The notes: a model not told the origin generated them from the letters alone. DNA of 64,000 nucleotides from an uncultured candidate division Zixibacteria bacterium (GCA_963817915.1 CAWFQL010000003.1:1-64000), one strand, 5' to 3'; shown: positions 9,426-21,510, numbered from the stretch's first letter. Numbers and translations: made by a program.

Positions 9426-10792
9426 TGGCATTAGAATCTACTCTCTCACCGGAACAAATTTGGGTTGACGCCTTAGAAGTAATCAAGTCTAAGGTTCCCT
9501 ATCAGAGTTTCAATACCTGGTTCAAATCAACCACTGCATCATTCATGAATGATGATACTTTTAGAGTTTCGCTGCCTAATAAATTTGTCGCCGATTGGGT
9601 GATGGAAAAATTCGATGACATCGTATCCTCGGCGATTGAAACCTCCCTGGGAACACGAATGAAAATCGAATACGTGACCAGCGAGAATGGCGAACAAGCT
9701 CCAATGATTATTACGTCGCCTGATATCGCGGTACAGCAAAAACGAGTTCCCGCGGCGCAAATGGTTCCGCACGAAACCCATCTAAATGATCGCTATATTT
9801 TCGATTCCTTTGTCGTGGGCGATTCCAATAGATTCGCGCACGCAGCCGCGGTAGCGGTCGCCAAGGCCCCCATGCAAACCAAATACAATCCGCTCTATGT
9901 CTATGGTGGTGTGGGATTAGGCAAAACACATCTGGTGCAGGCGATCGGCAATTATGTCAGAGAGAATTTCTCGACAATGAAAGTCTTATATGTGACCTCG
10001 GAGAAATTCACCAATGATTTCATCGACGCTATCGCTCATCAGACAACCGGCGAATTTGCCCGTTTGTACAGGGGAGTAGATCTTCTGCTTCTGGATGATA
10101 TCCAATTCCTTACCGGCAAAGAAGCTACGCAGGAGCAATTCTTCCATACCTTTAATGCTCTCTATCAGGCCGGCAAGCAGATCGTGTTGACCTCGGATCG
10201 TTCGCCGCGCGAGATTAAGGGGTTGGAGGAACGGCTGTTGTCCCGTTTCCAATGCGGCCTTGTAACCGATATCCAGCCGCCGGACCTTGAGACTCGTATC
10301 GCGATTCTCAATCAGATGGTCGAGGCGGAGAAGCTTTCGGTGCCGATCGATGTCATCAGCTATATCGCCAATAATATCACGCGCAATATCCGTGAGCTCG
10401 AAGGTTCGATAATCAGATTGATAGCCTATGGTTCGTTGACTAGCCGAGAGATAAATACCTCCCTGGCGTATGAAGTGCTCAAGGAGGCGTTCACGACTGG
10501 ATGTGTCATCACGCTGGAATCGATAACGACTGCAGTCTGCGCTCATTTCAAGGTGCAGGTTGACCAGCTAAAATCGAAGAAGAAAACCGCCGACCTGGTT
10601 CGAGCCAGGCAAGTAGCCATGTTTCTGTGCCGCAAACATACGGCGGCATCGCTCAAGACTATCGGCGATGAATTTGGCGGCAGGGATCATTCGACAGTGA
10701 TTCATTCGATCAGCTCGGTTGACAGTGATTTGAAAAGCGATCTCAACCTCAAGACTTCAATCGAGACTATCGAAAACCGGCTCAAAGCTTAG
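9425..10792 (+). CDS. dnaA: Chromosomal replication initiator protein
   Basis: YNPLYVYGGVGLGKTHL Walker A, LLLLDDIQF Walker B, GGRDHSTVIH domain IV. Confidence 0.98.
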   Translation: MALESTLSPEQIWVDALEVIKSKVPYQSFNTWFKSTTASFMNDDTFRVSLPNKFVADWVMEKFDDIVSSAIETSLGTRMKIEYVTSENGEQAPMIITSPDIAVQQKRVPAAQMVPHETHLNDRYIFDSFVVGDSNRFAHAAAVAVAKAPMQTKYNPLYVYGGVGLGKTHLVQAIGNYVRENFSTMKVLYVTSEKFTNDFIDAIAHQTTGEFARLYRGVDLLLLDDIQFLTGKEATQEQFFHTFNALYQAGKQIVLTSDRSPREIKGLEERLLSRFQCGLVTDIQPPDLETRIAILNQMVEAEKLSVPIDVISYIANNITRNIRELEGSIIRLIAYGSLTSREINTSLAYEVLKEAFTTGCVITLESITTAVCAHFKVQVDQLKSKKKTADLVRARQVAMFLCRKHTAASLKTIGDEFGGRDHSTVIHSISSVDSDLKSDLNLKTSIETIENRLKA

Positions 10793-10835
10793 AATAATAT
10801 TGTAGAAAAAATATATAGTTTTTGTCTTTTAGATA

Positions 10836-10862
10836 GTGGGTCGAAACCTTTATGGTTTCGAC
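10836..10862 (+). repeat. REP-like hairpin, family B
   Basis: GTGG-GTCGAAACC-TTTAT-GGTTTCGAC; same hairpin at 20270. Confidence 0.7.
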
Positions 10863-10890
10863 AATAGGTATTGTGGGGAAGGTATTTTTA

Positions 10891-10961
10891 GTAGGGCAGG
10901 AGTGGAACACTCCTGCCAAATTGGATAGCATATCGGCAGGAGTCTGCGACTCCTGCCCTAC
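10891..10961. repeat. REPIN (inverted REP doublet), family A
   Basis: GTAG-GGCAGGAGT..ACTCCTGCC-spacer-GGCAGGAGT..ACTCCTGCC-CTAC; 71 bp. Confidence 0.85.
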
Positions 10962-10973
10962 GGTACAGTTGTA

Positions 10974-12217
10974 CTATTTCAAAAGCAGGCATCGCCTCGT
11001 ATCTGAATAGCTTCCGGCCTCAATGCGATAAAAATACATTCCCGATGACGCCTTTTCGGCATTCCATATTATCGAATGCTGCCCGGCTGGCTGATTTCCG
11101 GATACCAGTGTCTCTATCTTGCGGCCGAGGATATCGAAGATATCGATTTTCACATCGCTTGCAGTCGGCAGGCTATAGCTGATGGTAGTCTGAGCATTGA
11201 ATGGATTGGGGTAGTTTTGGGAGAGGGAGAATTCATCGGGAAGACTATTTGTATCTTCTATACCGGTCGGGTCGAATCGTAAAATTCGGAAGTAAGGTGG
11301 GTCGGCTACATAAAGATATTCCCCGTCGGCTATTAATTCAACTGCATGTCCACTCGTATTATAATTTGAAACAAAATAAGGAGCGGAGGGATTGCTGACA
11401 TCTACTATTTCAATGCCGTAGGTATCTTCTGAGAGAAACGCAAAATTGCCGGAGAGAGCCACCTCAAAAGCATGTTGCGAAGGAGTGTAGCTTCCCACTA
11501 AGTAGGGATGTATAGGATCTGTCATATTTGCGATTTTGAGAAGCATATTGATCTCCCGATAGAAAGAAAGCATAATTTCCATTTATTATAAATCTCCATG
11601 GTCCCCCTGGATCAAAATTAGACACCCCTATATAACCGGGGTCTTGCGGTATAGACAACTCATAAATATATAATCCCCGTGTTGGAATTCCCACATACAT
11701 TAGTGAATCGATAGCACAGACATCCTGGGCATCGCTTTCGGCGTATAAAAAATATCCAACATGAATTAGACTGTCGGGATTAGAGATGTCAACAATCTCG
11801 ATATCGCTCCAAGCGCGTATTATATAGGCATAATGAGAATAGATAATGAATTTGCGTCCGGGCGAAATACGCATATCATAAGATCCCCGCAAGACCGGGG
11901 TTTGAGGAGAGCTAATGTTAAGAATATAAAAAGCATCTTCAGATGCAATATAGGCGTAATCACCTGCCACAATAATATCTGAAATTCTGGCCGATTCGTA
12001 ATTACTAACAGAACTGGGAGCATACGGATCTAGAGATATTCAATATTTCTAAACCGTCAACCTTACCTAAATAGGCATACTGTCCCTGAATGAAAATTGT
12101 CGATAAGGAGTATTGCCCGAGATAGTATTCCGAAACGGGAATTAATTCTTGCGCGTGGCCAAGTCCAATTGTCAGAAATAATAAAAATGCAGATAATTTA
12201 ATAATTGAGGTCTTCAT
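10974..12217 (-). pseudogene. LVIVD-repeat secreted protein with C-terminal sorting domain, frameshifted in about two places
   Basis: Three ORF pieces (12005-12217, 11464-11970, 10974-11582) carrying a signal peptide, IEIVDISNP repeats and an FSLSQNYPNPFN...LLK tail; the breaks may be sequencing errors. Confidence 0.8.
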
Positions 12218-12287
12218 AATACATTCCCCCCAAGCTTATTCGTTTACAATTGATTTAATAATAGATAGGAAATGTGATTATGTCAAG
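12203..12287 (-). repeat. Promoter + RBS + MKTSI start, duplicated at 17777-17862
   Basis: About 85 bp near-identical; contains TTGACA-N17-TATTAT on the minus strand. Confidence 0.85.
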
Positions 12288-12305
12288 CTTTTTTGGGATT
12301 TTTAG

Positions 12306-12363
12306 GCGGTCGGGTGGCCTCACCCGACCGAAATATGAGTGTCGGGTCATGTGACCTGATGCC
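12306..12363. repeat. Pair of REP-like hairpins, related to 17880-17937
   Basis: GTCGGGTG-gcct-CACCCGAC followed by GTGTCGGGTC..GACCTGA. Confidence 0.65.
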
Positions 12364-12377
12364 ATGATTTATTTGAT

Positions 12378-12448
12378 GTAGGGCAGGAGTGGGACACTCC
12401 TGCCAACTTGGATAGCATTTCGGCAGGAGTCTGCGACTCCTGCCCTAC
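12378..12448. repeat. REPIN family A
   Basis: Near-identical to 10891-10961. Confidence 0.85.
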
Positions 12449-12830
12449 GGTACTCGATGCGGAATCTTACTGCACTTTATGATAATTAAATCCCTGCCTG
12501 TCGGCGGAAATTAAATCCAAATATTAGACAATTAATTGTAATTTTTCTAATTGATCGGACGATATTATCAATTGTAAGGAGTGAGTCCTCGGTCAGTTAT
12601 ATATCGCATCCAATTGAAATCCACGGGGCTTCCTATGATCCATAAATTTTATTCTTTAACAAAGAATAAAAGATAGAGATGTTGGGGGCTCATTTGCTAT
12701 GATTGAAGCTTTAAATATCATAATTGCCCGCAATTTCAGGGATATCTTGAGATGTTCGCTGAATATCGGCCCATCAAATAGAGAATTGCTCAAAGGCTGA
12801 AGGATATTCGGGAAATGACTCGGGGGAATA

Positions 12831-15800
12831 TTGGATAGCACCAATAAAATGAATATCGGGACCGAAAAGGGACGGCTGGAAATCCCTCTCAAAAAGATAA
12901 GGTTCCTTTCATTCTGGTTTGCGCCGACTTTATTGCTGGGCGCATTTCTCCTGGCGTCCCTCGCAGTCCTTTGGCTCATTAGAACAAACACTTTCGCGAC
13001 GAAACTTGATCAACTTGCTGATAATACGGAATTAGCCGCTAAGAACATACGATCAAGACTGCAAGGGAATCAGGACTACCTGCTAATGCTCGCAAAATCG
13101 CGTGCCGATGGAATCCTGGATGCCCAATCCTTCCAGGAACGAGCTTCACAATATGTCGCAGATCATCCGGAGCTCATCAATATTACATGGGTGAACACCG
13201 ATTTTGTCATTCATGATGTTTCTCCATTCAATAAGAACAAGCAAATAATCGGGTTGAAGCTTGAACTGCCCGAGCCCAAGCGTGCTTCGCATTTAGCCAA
13301 AGAACAACGAAAGGCAATTTATACTCTCCCATTCGAGGCAATCCAGGGAAAACCATCATTTGAAATTTGGATTCCAGTTTTCAAGGGTAACGAATTTATT
13401 GGGCTGTTCGCCGGAGTATATTCATGCGAAAAGGTTATACGGGAATTAGTTCCCGCTTATATGTTTGAACATAGTCAGGTAAGCTTAGTAGATAATTCAG
13501 GCAATATGTACTGGGTAACACCTGCGGCGGGATCCCTTGATGTAGAATTGACACATCGTGTTCCCTTGGCCTCGCCGGAAGACGGGCCAATACTGCAATT
13601 TAAGGCTTATGGACAAGGGGCGCTTGAGAGAAGCTTGTCACTGCTGGAGTTGCTTTGTCTGGCACTTGCTTTTAGCATGGTTTATGCAATGTGGAGACTG
13701 AAACGCGAGATTGACGCGAGCCGGCGGGCCGAAGAGGAGTTGAAGCAGAGCGAGGAACGTCTCAATGAAGCCCAGCGAATTGCTCGAATCGGCAACTGGG
13801 AGCTGGATATCGTCAAAAATGTTCTTACATGGTCCAAAGAAATCTACCGTTTATTCGAGATCAATCCGGAGGAATTTAAAGCGTCCTACGAGGCCTTCCT
13901 GGAAGCCATCCACCCAGATGATCGGGACGCGGTGAATACTGCTTACACCAACTCTCTCAAAACTCGAACTCCCTATACCATAGACCATCGCCTTCGTTTT
14001 AGCGACGGCCGGATCAAATATGTCCACGAAGAATGCATGACCTTCTATGATTCCGGCGGCAAACCCCTCCGTTCAGTGGGGACTGTCCAGGACATCACCG
14101 AACACAGGCAGGCAGAAGAGGCGTTGAAGATAAGCGAGCAGAAATTCAGATCACTATTCGAGGAATCCCTGGATTGTTTATTTGTTATTTCACCTGATGG
14201 CAAAATTCTCGATATGAATAAAAAGGGAATCTCATTGTTTGGTTATGACACCAAAGAAGAGATTATGAGTCTTGACCAGGCAAGCGAATTTTTAGTCAAT
14301 CCTCAAGACAGGGAACGGATTCTGGCGTTGGTAAGCGCGCAGGGAAACGCCAGCTATGAGATTGAAATTAAGAAGAAAAACGGCGAAATATTTACGGCAC
14401 ATTGTCTACTGTATTCCTCGCGTGATGATAGCGGCGCAGTAACGTCGTTTAGGGGCAGTTTGCGCGATATCTCGGATACAAAGCGCTATGAGGAAAACCT
14501 TAAAAAAGCCAAGGAGAATTGGGAACGTACTTTCGATGCGGTCGCGGACATGGTTTTTGTCCAGGATACCGAAGGTCGTATTCTCCAGGCGAACAAGGCT
14601 CTTTGCGACCGGCTGGGAAAAACAGCCGAGGAAATCAAAGGCGTGACATGTTACACGTTGATGCATGCAAATTTTGGACCTCCCATTAATTGCCCGCGCA
14701 ATTTGATGATTAGCGATGGGTTTGCGCATACCTGCGAAATTAATGAATCGCGTCTGGGCGGATTTTTTTGCTTTAATATTTCTCCCTTATATGATCCCGA
14801 CGGAAAACTGGCAGGGTCCGTGCATGTGGCTCGTGATATTACCGAAACGAAACGACTTCAAGAACTGGAATCTCGGACCCAGCGTCTTGAAACAGCGGGT
14901 AAAATCGCCGGGCAGGTGGCGCACGATTTCAATAATCTTTTAGGACCGATGATAGCGTATCCTGAATTTCTAAAAGACGCGCTTGCGGATGATATATCAT
15001 CAATGCAGATGCTTTCCGATATTGAAAAAGCAGCCAATGCGATGGCCGATATCAATCAACAGCTATTAACATTGAGCAGACGGGGACATGTAGAACAAAA
15101 AGCCTTGAATATTAACGAATTAATAACGGATAGTCTTAGCCAATTAAATTCACTTCCGGAAACCATTCAGATCGATACCGAACTCGATCGAGACCTGATG
15201 AATATAAAGGGAGCGCCCGCTCAAATTGTCAGAGTGATTCTAAATCTGGTAACCAACGCGATCGATGCCATGCAGAATTGCGGAGTACTAACCATCAAGA
15301 CAGAAAATTTCTATGTTGATGATATTGCGGGCAATTACGATCGTATCCCCAAAGGAGAATATGTAAAAATTACCATATCGGATACCGGTTGCGGTATACC
15401 TGATGAGATACTGCCAAAGATATTCGACGCGTTTTTCACTACAAAATCTGCCGACAAAAAGAGGGGTACCGGTCTGGGCCTTAGCGTTGTCGCTGCTGTT
15501 ATGGCGGATCATAATGGTCATATCGATCTCAAATCTAAAGTTGGCATGGGAACATCGTGCTATCTCTACTTCCCAATTACCCGTGCCGAAATAGATAAAC
15601 CGGAATCCGAGCAGATTACAGGGGGATCGGAACGGGTTCTTGTCGTGGATGATGACTCTCTGCAAAGAGGGCTAACTCTTACTATTCTATCGAAGCTTGG
15701 CTACCAGGCTACCGCGGCGGAAAGCGGAGAAAAAGCCATTAGTCTTTTGCTCAAAAATCCTCAGGATATTATCGTATTGGATATGATAATGCCGCCGGGA

Positions 15801-16010
15801 ATAGATGGAGCCGAGACATATAGAAAAATGCTTGAAGTTAATCCCAATCAAAAAGCCATTATTATATCAGGATTTTCAGAAACAAGCCGCGTTATCGAGG
15901 CCCAAAGGCTGGGAGCGGGAGCCTATGTCAGAAAGCCGGTTAACATGAAGACCCTCGCTGCCGCGCTGCGGGCCGAACTGGACAAGAAAACCAGCGTCCT
16001 CACTACCTGA
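12831..16010 (+). CDS. Hybrid sensor histidine kinase (periplasmic sensor, three PAS domains, HisKA, HATPase, REC)
   Basis: Two TM segments, PAS motifs, [10 protein letters not shown]-box, GTGLGLS G2 box, receiver VLVVDDD and IVLDMIMP. Confidence 0.92.
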   Translation: MDSTNKMNIGTEKGRLEIPLKKIRFLSFWFAPTLLLGAFLLASLAVLWLIRTNTFATKLDQLADNTELAAKNIRSRLQGNQDYLLMLAKSRADGILDAQSFQERASQYVADHPELINITWVNTDFVIHDVSPFNKNKQIIGLKLELPEPKRASHLAKEQRKAIYTLPFEAIQGKPSFEIWIPVFKGNEFIGLFAGVYSCEKVIRELVPAYMFEHSQVSLVDNSGNMYWVTPAAGSLDVELTHRVPLASPEDGPILQFKAYGQGALERSLSLLELLCLALAFSMVYAMWRLKREIDASRRAEEELKQSEERLNEAQRIARIGNWELDIVKNVLTWSKEIYRLFEINPEEFKASYEAFLEAIHPDDRDAVNTAYTNSLKTRTPYTIDHRLRFSDGRIKYVHEECMTFYDSGGKPLRSVGTVQDITEHRQAEEALKISEQKFRSLFEESLDCLFVISPDGKILDMNKKGISLFGYDTKEEIMSLDQASEFLVNPQDRERILALVSAQGNASYEIEIKKKNGEIFTAHCLLYSSRDDSGAVTSFRGSLRDISDTKRYEENLKKAKENWERTFDAVADMVFVQDTEGRILQANKALCDRLGKTAEEIKGVTCYTLMHANFGPPINCPRNLMISDGFAHTCEINESRLGGFFCFNISPLYDPDGKLAGSVHVARDITETKRLQELESRTQRLETAGKIAGQVAHDFNNLLGPMIAYPEFLKDALADDISSMQMLSDIEKAANAMADINQQLLTLSRRGHVEQKALNINELITDSLSQLNSLPETIQIDTELDRDLMNIKGAPAQIVRVILNLVTNAIDAMQNCGVLTIKTENFYVDDIAGNYDRIPKGEYVKITISDTGCGIPDEILPKIFDAFFTTKSADKKRGTGLGLSVVAAVMADHNGHIDLKSKVGMGTSCYLYFPITRAEIDKPESEQITGGSERVLVVDDDSLQRGLTLTILSKLGYQATAAESGEKAISLLLKNPQDIIVLDMIMPPGIDGAETYRKMLEVNPNQKAIIISGFSETSRVIEAQRLGAGAYVRKPVNMKTLAAALRAELDKKTSVLTT

Positions 16011-16066
16011 TTGCACCGTCGATCCCGCGGCCCAACAGGACAATTAAGCCCAAATTGAAAATTGAT

Positions 16067-16137
16067 GTAGGGCAGGAGTGGAACACTCCTGCCCTTGTTT
16101 ATATCATAACGCCAGAAGTCTGCGACTCCTGCCCTAC
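16067..16137. repeat. REPIN family A
   Basis: Same arms with a different spacer; 71 bp. Confidence 0.8.
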
Positions 16138-16149
16138 AGTTCAGCGGTA

Positions 16150-17791
16150 CTATTTTAGCAGCAGGCATCGCTTGGTATCTGAATAGCTTCCAGTCTCGAT
16201 GCGATAAAAATACATCCCCGATGATGCCTTATCAGCATTCCAGATAATCGAATGCTGACCGGCGGGCAGACTTCCGGTTACCAGCGTCTCGATCTTGCGG
16301 CCGAGGATATCGAAGATATCGATAGTGACTTCGCTTTCGGAAGGCAGATAATAGCTGATGGTGGTCTGCGCATTGAAGGGATTGGGGTAGTTTTGGGAGA
16401 GGGAGAATTTTGTTGGTACAATGCCTTTTCCGTCGATCGCAGTAGCCTCTTGCAGACCATAAATTTTTAAAGAATTGTTTTGTATCGATAAAATTTCATC
16501 ATTCCCATCATTATCGATATCCGCAATTCCAGAAATCCCAATCCCGTTTTCGCGAATTGTGGCTCGAATATTTCCATTTGCGCCATTTATTAATAAATAC
16601 TCTCTTTGAGGTATTATCCGTAAAATTACGATAAATTGCTGATTTCCAAACATCGCTGATTTGTATGTATCATTCTCTACTTTTTCTGCAGACATGGAAA
16701 TCGCCCAGTTTCGATTAAGGGTTGACGCCGATCTAACGTAAAGAGAGTCGCCATAGCTATAGTAAAACTCGATTCCATTTCGTGAAGGATCTATTTCATT
16801 TATCGCCGATCCGGGCCATAATGGCGGCCATTCTCCATCGGCCGGTCCAACACCTATCAGTTGGGCAGAAGTAATTATTGTATCGCCAGAGAGTAGATTG
16901 GCGGCGTAACTATCGTAATGGTTGCGTAAATTCCAATCACGAGACCATCTCCGATTTACCGTCAATAAGGTTGGATTTCCATTTCTAATTGTAATATTAA
17001 GCGCGTGAAATCGAAACTGGAAGAATTCATTTAAACGTTGTGCATCATTGTCCAAATTCCCCCAGAATAAGCAGTTACAAAGAATGCACTTTCACTATAG
17101 GTTGAGCCAATATTATTTTCTGACCTTGTGCGAGATTCCCGTGTAAATTTTTAATTTGGGCGAATGAAGGATCTTCAAATCGGGAGAAAGCTAACTCCAG
17201 GGCATACTCCATACCAATATTCCCAAAATGTTGTATATCCGCTAAAATAATTAAAGGACGGTGTAATGTATGTTTCTACCCATACCGTATCACGATTAAG
17301 CCCACCATTTCTTCGAGTAAATAGGCTCTTTCCTAACGAGGACCAAATCGAAATGCCATCGCTATTAATATCTCCCGTAGTGTAGCATGAAAAAGTATTG
17401 TCAAGATGAGGGCTCGTCCATATAGTGGCAGAATGATGCGGATCCATCAGGTAGATATTGCTATCGACCCTGGCTGCAATATCAATCTGAGAGTCGCCAT
17501 TCATATCACCAAAACAGAGATCGCGCGGGTTGAGCAATGAAGGACTCTGCCATAGCAAATTCATCTGGTGTCATAGACGAAGGCATAAATTGGGGGTGGT
17601 CAGAATGATCTCTTTATTACTGTCGTTATTGAGATCTTCTACATAAAGCCCCGTTATAGCGGAATCGATAGATTCGATATTTCCTACCTGGTTGAAGTCC
17701 AGAGTATCGAATCTGAGCGGATGCAATCCCAAACGCCAGAAATGACAAAATTGCCATCAGGATAATAATAGCTTACAATTGAGGTCTTCAT
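16150..17791 (-). pseudogene. Secreted protein with C-terminal sorting domain, multiply frameshifted; paralog of 42009-43688
   Basis: MKTSI start at 17791; fragments 17175-17564 and 16150-17055; shares WTSP, DMNxD and DTxW motifs with the 42009 gene; sorting-domain tail. Confidence 0.75.
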
Positions 17792-17862
17792 AATACATTT
17801 CCCCCAAAGTTATTCGTTTTACAATTGATTTAATAATAGATAGGAAATGTGATTTTGTCAAG
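17777..17862 (-). repeat. Second copy of the promoter/RBS/start module at 12203-12287
   Basis: Direct sequence comparison. Confidence 0.85.
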
Positions 17863-17942
17863 GCAATTTTGGTTTTTGTGCGTCGGGTGTCCTCACCCGA
17901 CCGAATTCATAGTGTCGGGTGCGGAGACCCGACACCACAATT

Positions 17943-20100
17943 TTACTTGAAAAACTCCGATTCCGGTACATGCCCGCTGTTGACATCCATGCCGATTCCG
18001 AAATTGTTGGCGCCGTAATTTTTATCATTACGCGCTGGCGAATACCAGGTCTTGTTGTTACTACATATCGAATCGGGAGAGACTTTTTCGCCCTTGGCAT
18101 CGGATGTATTGTACGTATCTTTGCCGCCGATATCGAGTAGCAGGCCGAATGACTTAGAATAGATATCGAATGGCGAAATCTTATTCGGCATATTATAGGT
18201 GGCAAGATATGTCGCCGCGCCGAATCCCTGCTGGCCAGACTGAAGCTGATAGTAGTCATCGCCGCCGAGATCGATCAGCAGTGCATCGGAACGGATCTGC
18301 GCGCATCCCAACGATATGATTTTCGCCTCGTAACGGTCATTGCCGCCGGTATCAAGCAAAATCGCGATTGTATAGTCCCATCCGAACGCTATCCCCGCGC
18401 CTGCTGTTTCCCAGAGCCGATGGATGTCATTGCCGCCTTCATCGATAATCGCGCCGATACAATAATGCGCCCCCGATGCCTGAGTGAAATAGACTGATTC
18501 GTATGTATCATCACCCTCGCCTTCATAAACCAATCCCGTTCCGAACCAGTAACCGCATCCCAATGTCCAGTTGCCGGAGTAGTAATGGTCATTGCCTTTG
18601 ATATCAATCAGCGCGCCGAGCCCGCCCGCCCATGAATGACCATCGGAGCCGTCGCCGCGACGGCCCATGCCGCATCCCTGCGCGCCGTTGGCATTGATCT
18701 TGTTTTGCGAATGATAATCACCTCGATGTGCGACACTATCATAATGGTTCGGCCGAATATTTGTCATCTCCTTCATAATCAGCGATGATGCCGACACCGC
18801 CGACACCGCCATACCCCTGTCCGTCGCCATAGATGTAACGGGTGTCATTGCCGGAGATATCGAGATTCATACCGATGCCGAAATAGCCACACCCCTGTCC
18901 CGATGTCTCGAGCTTGTAATCGTCTTTGCCGGCTACATCGAGCAGAATTCCCAACCCGAAGAAGCCGCATCCCTGCGCCATCGTCTTGGCGATATATTTG
19001 TCGTTGCCGTTCATATCAATTAGAATACCCGCGCCCAATATCGCCGCGCCCTGACTGAGCAGATTTGGGTCGTCATTTTGATAGATATCATCCCCGGCGC
19101 AATCGATAGCGACCGCAATCGGTATATCATACGACGGCACACCGCCGACATTGCCGGTGTAGGTATCGTCGCCGCCGAGATCGATCAGGATGGCGCAATC
19201 GCGTTCATTGTGCTTATCATCCTTAGTACCGGAGATAACAATTCTGCCAATGGGAGAATCATAATCAAAAATAATCTTGTCCAGCCCTTTATTCTTTCCA
19301 ACGAGATATTTCTTGAGCTTTTTCGAGGCTGTCTCGGTCGCCTGCGCGGCCTTCATTCCCGCGTAATAGAGCGAATGAGCGTCGAGAGCTTTCGCGACAT
19401 CATCGATCTCCGGGTAATATACCTGGCCATCACCTAGGGTCGATGACAGGTCTTTCATTTTATATAACGCTTCGGCATCGCTGGTTTTGATATTCCTAAC
19501 CGCGATCTGACGCCATTTGTAAGAGTCGAATATATTGAGCATCAATTCCGCGACAATTAATTGCAAGTCCTTGGGGATGCTGTCGCATTTGGCGACCAAT
19601 TGAATTCGATCATACGGCCAATCGGTCTTATTGCCGAACGTCATATAATTAAGCTGTATTGATTGGCCGAGGTATATCTGCTCGAAGGCGTTGAGCATGG
19701 GATTCAGTGAGTCGACACGCGGGGCAAGGTTGACCGAGTAATTGCGAAAGCCGGTCATCATACGATCCACGCCGAGTGTATATGTCAGCCGATGAAGCGT
19801 CATATCGGTGGTATCATAAAACGCCGGTTCCATGTATTGACGAATCGCGTTGCCCATGGCTTGAGTGTATTCGACCACATGCAGCGGCTCTGCGAAAAGA
19901 TCTTTGAAGAACGGCATGGTATATGGGATACCATCAGGCTGTGGGAAACGGTTCCAATATCCCTTGGGCTGAAATCCCAAATCAGCGCGAGTGAATCCCA
20001 CCGAATCCAGCGCCGCGCCCAGCTGGTCGATACTTGCTTCCTGTGCGATAGCCGGCGATGTCATTATCACGAAAATCAAAAGCAATCGTTTTATCATCAT
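17943..20100 (-). CDS. Secreted Gly/Asp-repeat protein (GxGxLxDxxGxDxY); single +1 frameshift near 18743
   Basis: ORFs 18739-20100 and 17943-18848 share the repeat; removing one base gives ...YSAEPYDSVAH... Confidence 0.75.
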
Positions 20101-20130
20101 ATCCTCCTAAATTCCGCACCCGCGCTATTT

Positions 20131-20535
20131 GCGTGTCGCAGTTTACTGCGACCGCAACAGAAAACCCGACAGCTTGTTTTTTTTGTCGGGTTACTCATCC
20201 GCCGATGGCGGATTCTGAACCCGACCTACTCATGCTGCTTATAGGATGAAATTGTGAAATTGGCAAGCGGTAGGTCGAAACCTTTATGGTTTCGACATTG
20301 AGATGACAAAACACGATGTCGAAAGGACAAGCCTTTCGACCTACACTTGCCGCTTATAGGATGAGTTCGGAAAATTGTCAAAGAGGAAGGAGCGAGAACA
20401 TGTCATTGCGAAGCCGCCTCCGGCGGCTGAAGCAATCTGTTGGAAGCATCCTTCAGATTGCTTCGCTTCGCTCGCAATGACCGCTGAAATTGAGTTTTCT
20501 AATGCGCTGTCAGGAATCCTTTCCTGACAGCCTAC
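20131..20535. repeat. Mosaic cluster of REP-like hairpin families
   Basis: Family F at 20131, a GTAG-tailed hairpin at 20185-20228, REPIN B at 20270-20344, a GTCATTGCG..GCAATGAC element at 20401-20481, family D at 20504-20530. Confidence 0.8.
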
Positions 20536-20616
20536 CAGCTATGGCAGGGATAACATAAAGATTTTAGTAAAATTCAATAGCATTTATGAAACACTTTAAT
20601 TATAATAATCCATAAT

Positions 20617-21069
20617 ATGAATGATCGCGAAACGTCATCAGGATTTAAGTTCCCTCGAATGTTGTTAGACATATTTATTCCTGCCATCTCTCTTGCCATT
20701 ACTGTATTTGGGATAAGTAGACTTGTTCAATATTATTTTGGACGGCCATCGAGTGAAATCTTGATTGACCTGTTTTTGGGAATATTATTGGTCTCAATAT
20801 TCTTGTTCCTTTTCAGAAAAGGCAAATATTTTGAATCGAAGAAAACCTTTTTGGATAAATATCCCTTCTGGCTGCTCAAGTTAAATGGGCGCCCTCGGAT
20901 TTTTATTAGTTGGATACTAATGACTTCATATTTCTATTCAATAGTTGCCTTCATAAAATATGTATTCTTCCTTATTCATATAAATAGATCGCCGGCTAGC
21001 GATATCCAGTTACTGTTTTTGATCATGACATTAACTTATTTGACTATTCCTAAATTTGAATTAAAATAG
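20617..21069 (+). CDS. Hypothetical membrane protein (AT-rich)
   Basis: 150 aa with about four hydrophobic segments. Confidence 0.6.
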   Translation: MNDRETSSGFKFPRMLLDIFIPAISLAITVFGISRLVQYYFGRPSSEILIDLFLGILLVSIFLFLFRKGKYFESKKTFLDKYPFWLLKLNGRPRIFISWILMTSYFYSIVAFIKYVFFLIHINRSPASDIQLLFLIMTLTYLTIPKFELK

Positions 21070-21211
21070 AAAAGCGATTGCCTTGACTTCGTCAGGAAAT
21101 TCTTCCTGATAGTTCCCCGAATCCAATCTCCCCTTGCCATCTCATTTCCAGAATCGCATATTATTGCTCTATGGATGAAGTGTGGTGACAGGTTTTTAAT
21201 AAGGAGAATTT

Positions 21212-21448
21212 ATGACTGTATTCATCGATGGCGAGACATTAAATATAGAAAAAATTGAACAGATAGCCCGCAAGAACGCCGAAGTATCGTATTCCGATAT
21301 CGCTAAAAAACGTATCGACCGTTGCTGGGGCGTGCTGGAGAAGATGGTCAATTCCGGCGAGGCGATCTACGGTGTAACGACCGGTATCGGCGAATTTGCC
21401 AAAATCAGAGTCGGCCCCGAGCAGGGGTCATTGCTGCAGAAAAATTAA
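21212..21448 (+). pseudogene. hutH: Truncated 5' copy of hutH (78 codons)
   Basis: Protein identical to the first 78 aa of 23852-25384; 13 nucleotide differences, all synonymous; ends at a REP. Confidence 0.92.
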
Positions 21449-21450
21449 AA

Positions 21451-21510
21451 AGTGTCGTCAGGTCGCCCGACCTGACGACTATTGCGCTGTCAGGAAACCA
21501 TTCCCGGCAA
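21451..21510 (+). repeat. REP family C plus family D hairpins
   Basis: AGTGTCGTCAGGTCGCCCGACCTGACGAC followed by GCGCTGTCAGGAA..TTCCCGGCA. Confidence 0.8.

Noticed and set aside
9539..10546. Antisense ORFs within dnaA, and similar short overlapping ORFs throughout the track
   Set aside because: They overlap well-supported genes and show no RBS or recognisable motifs
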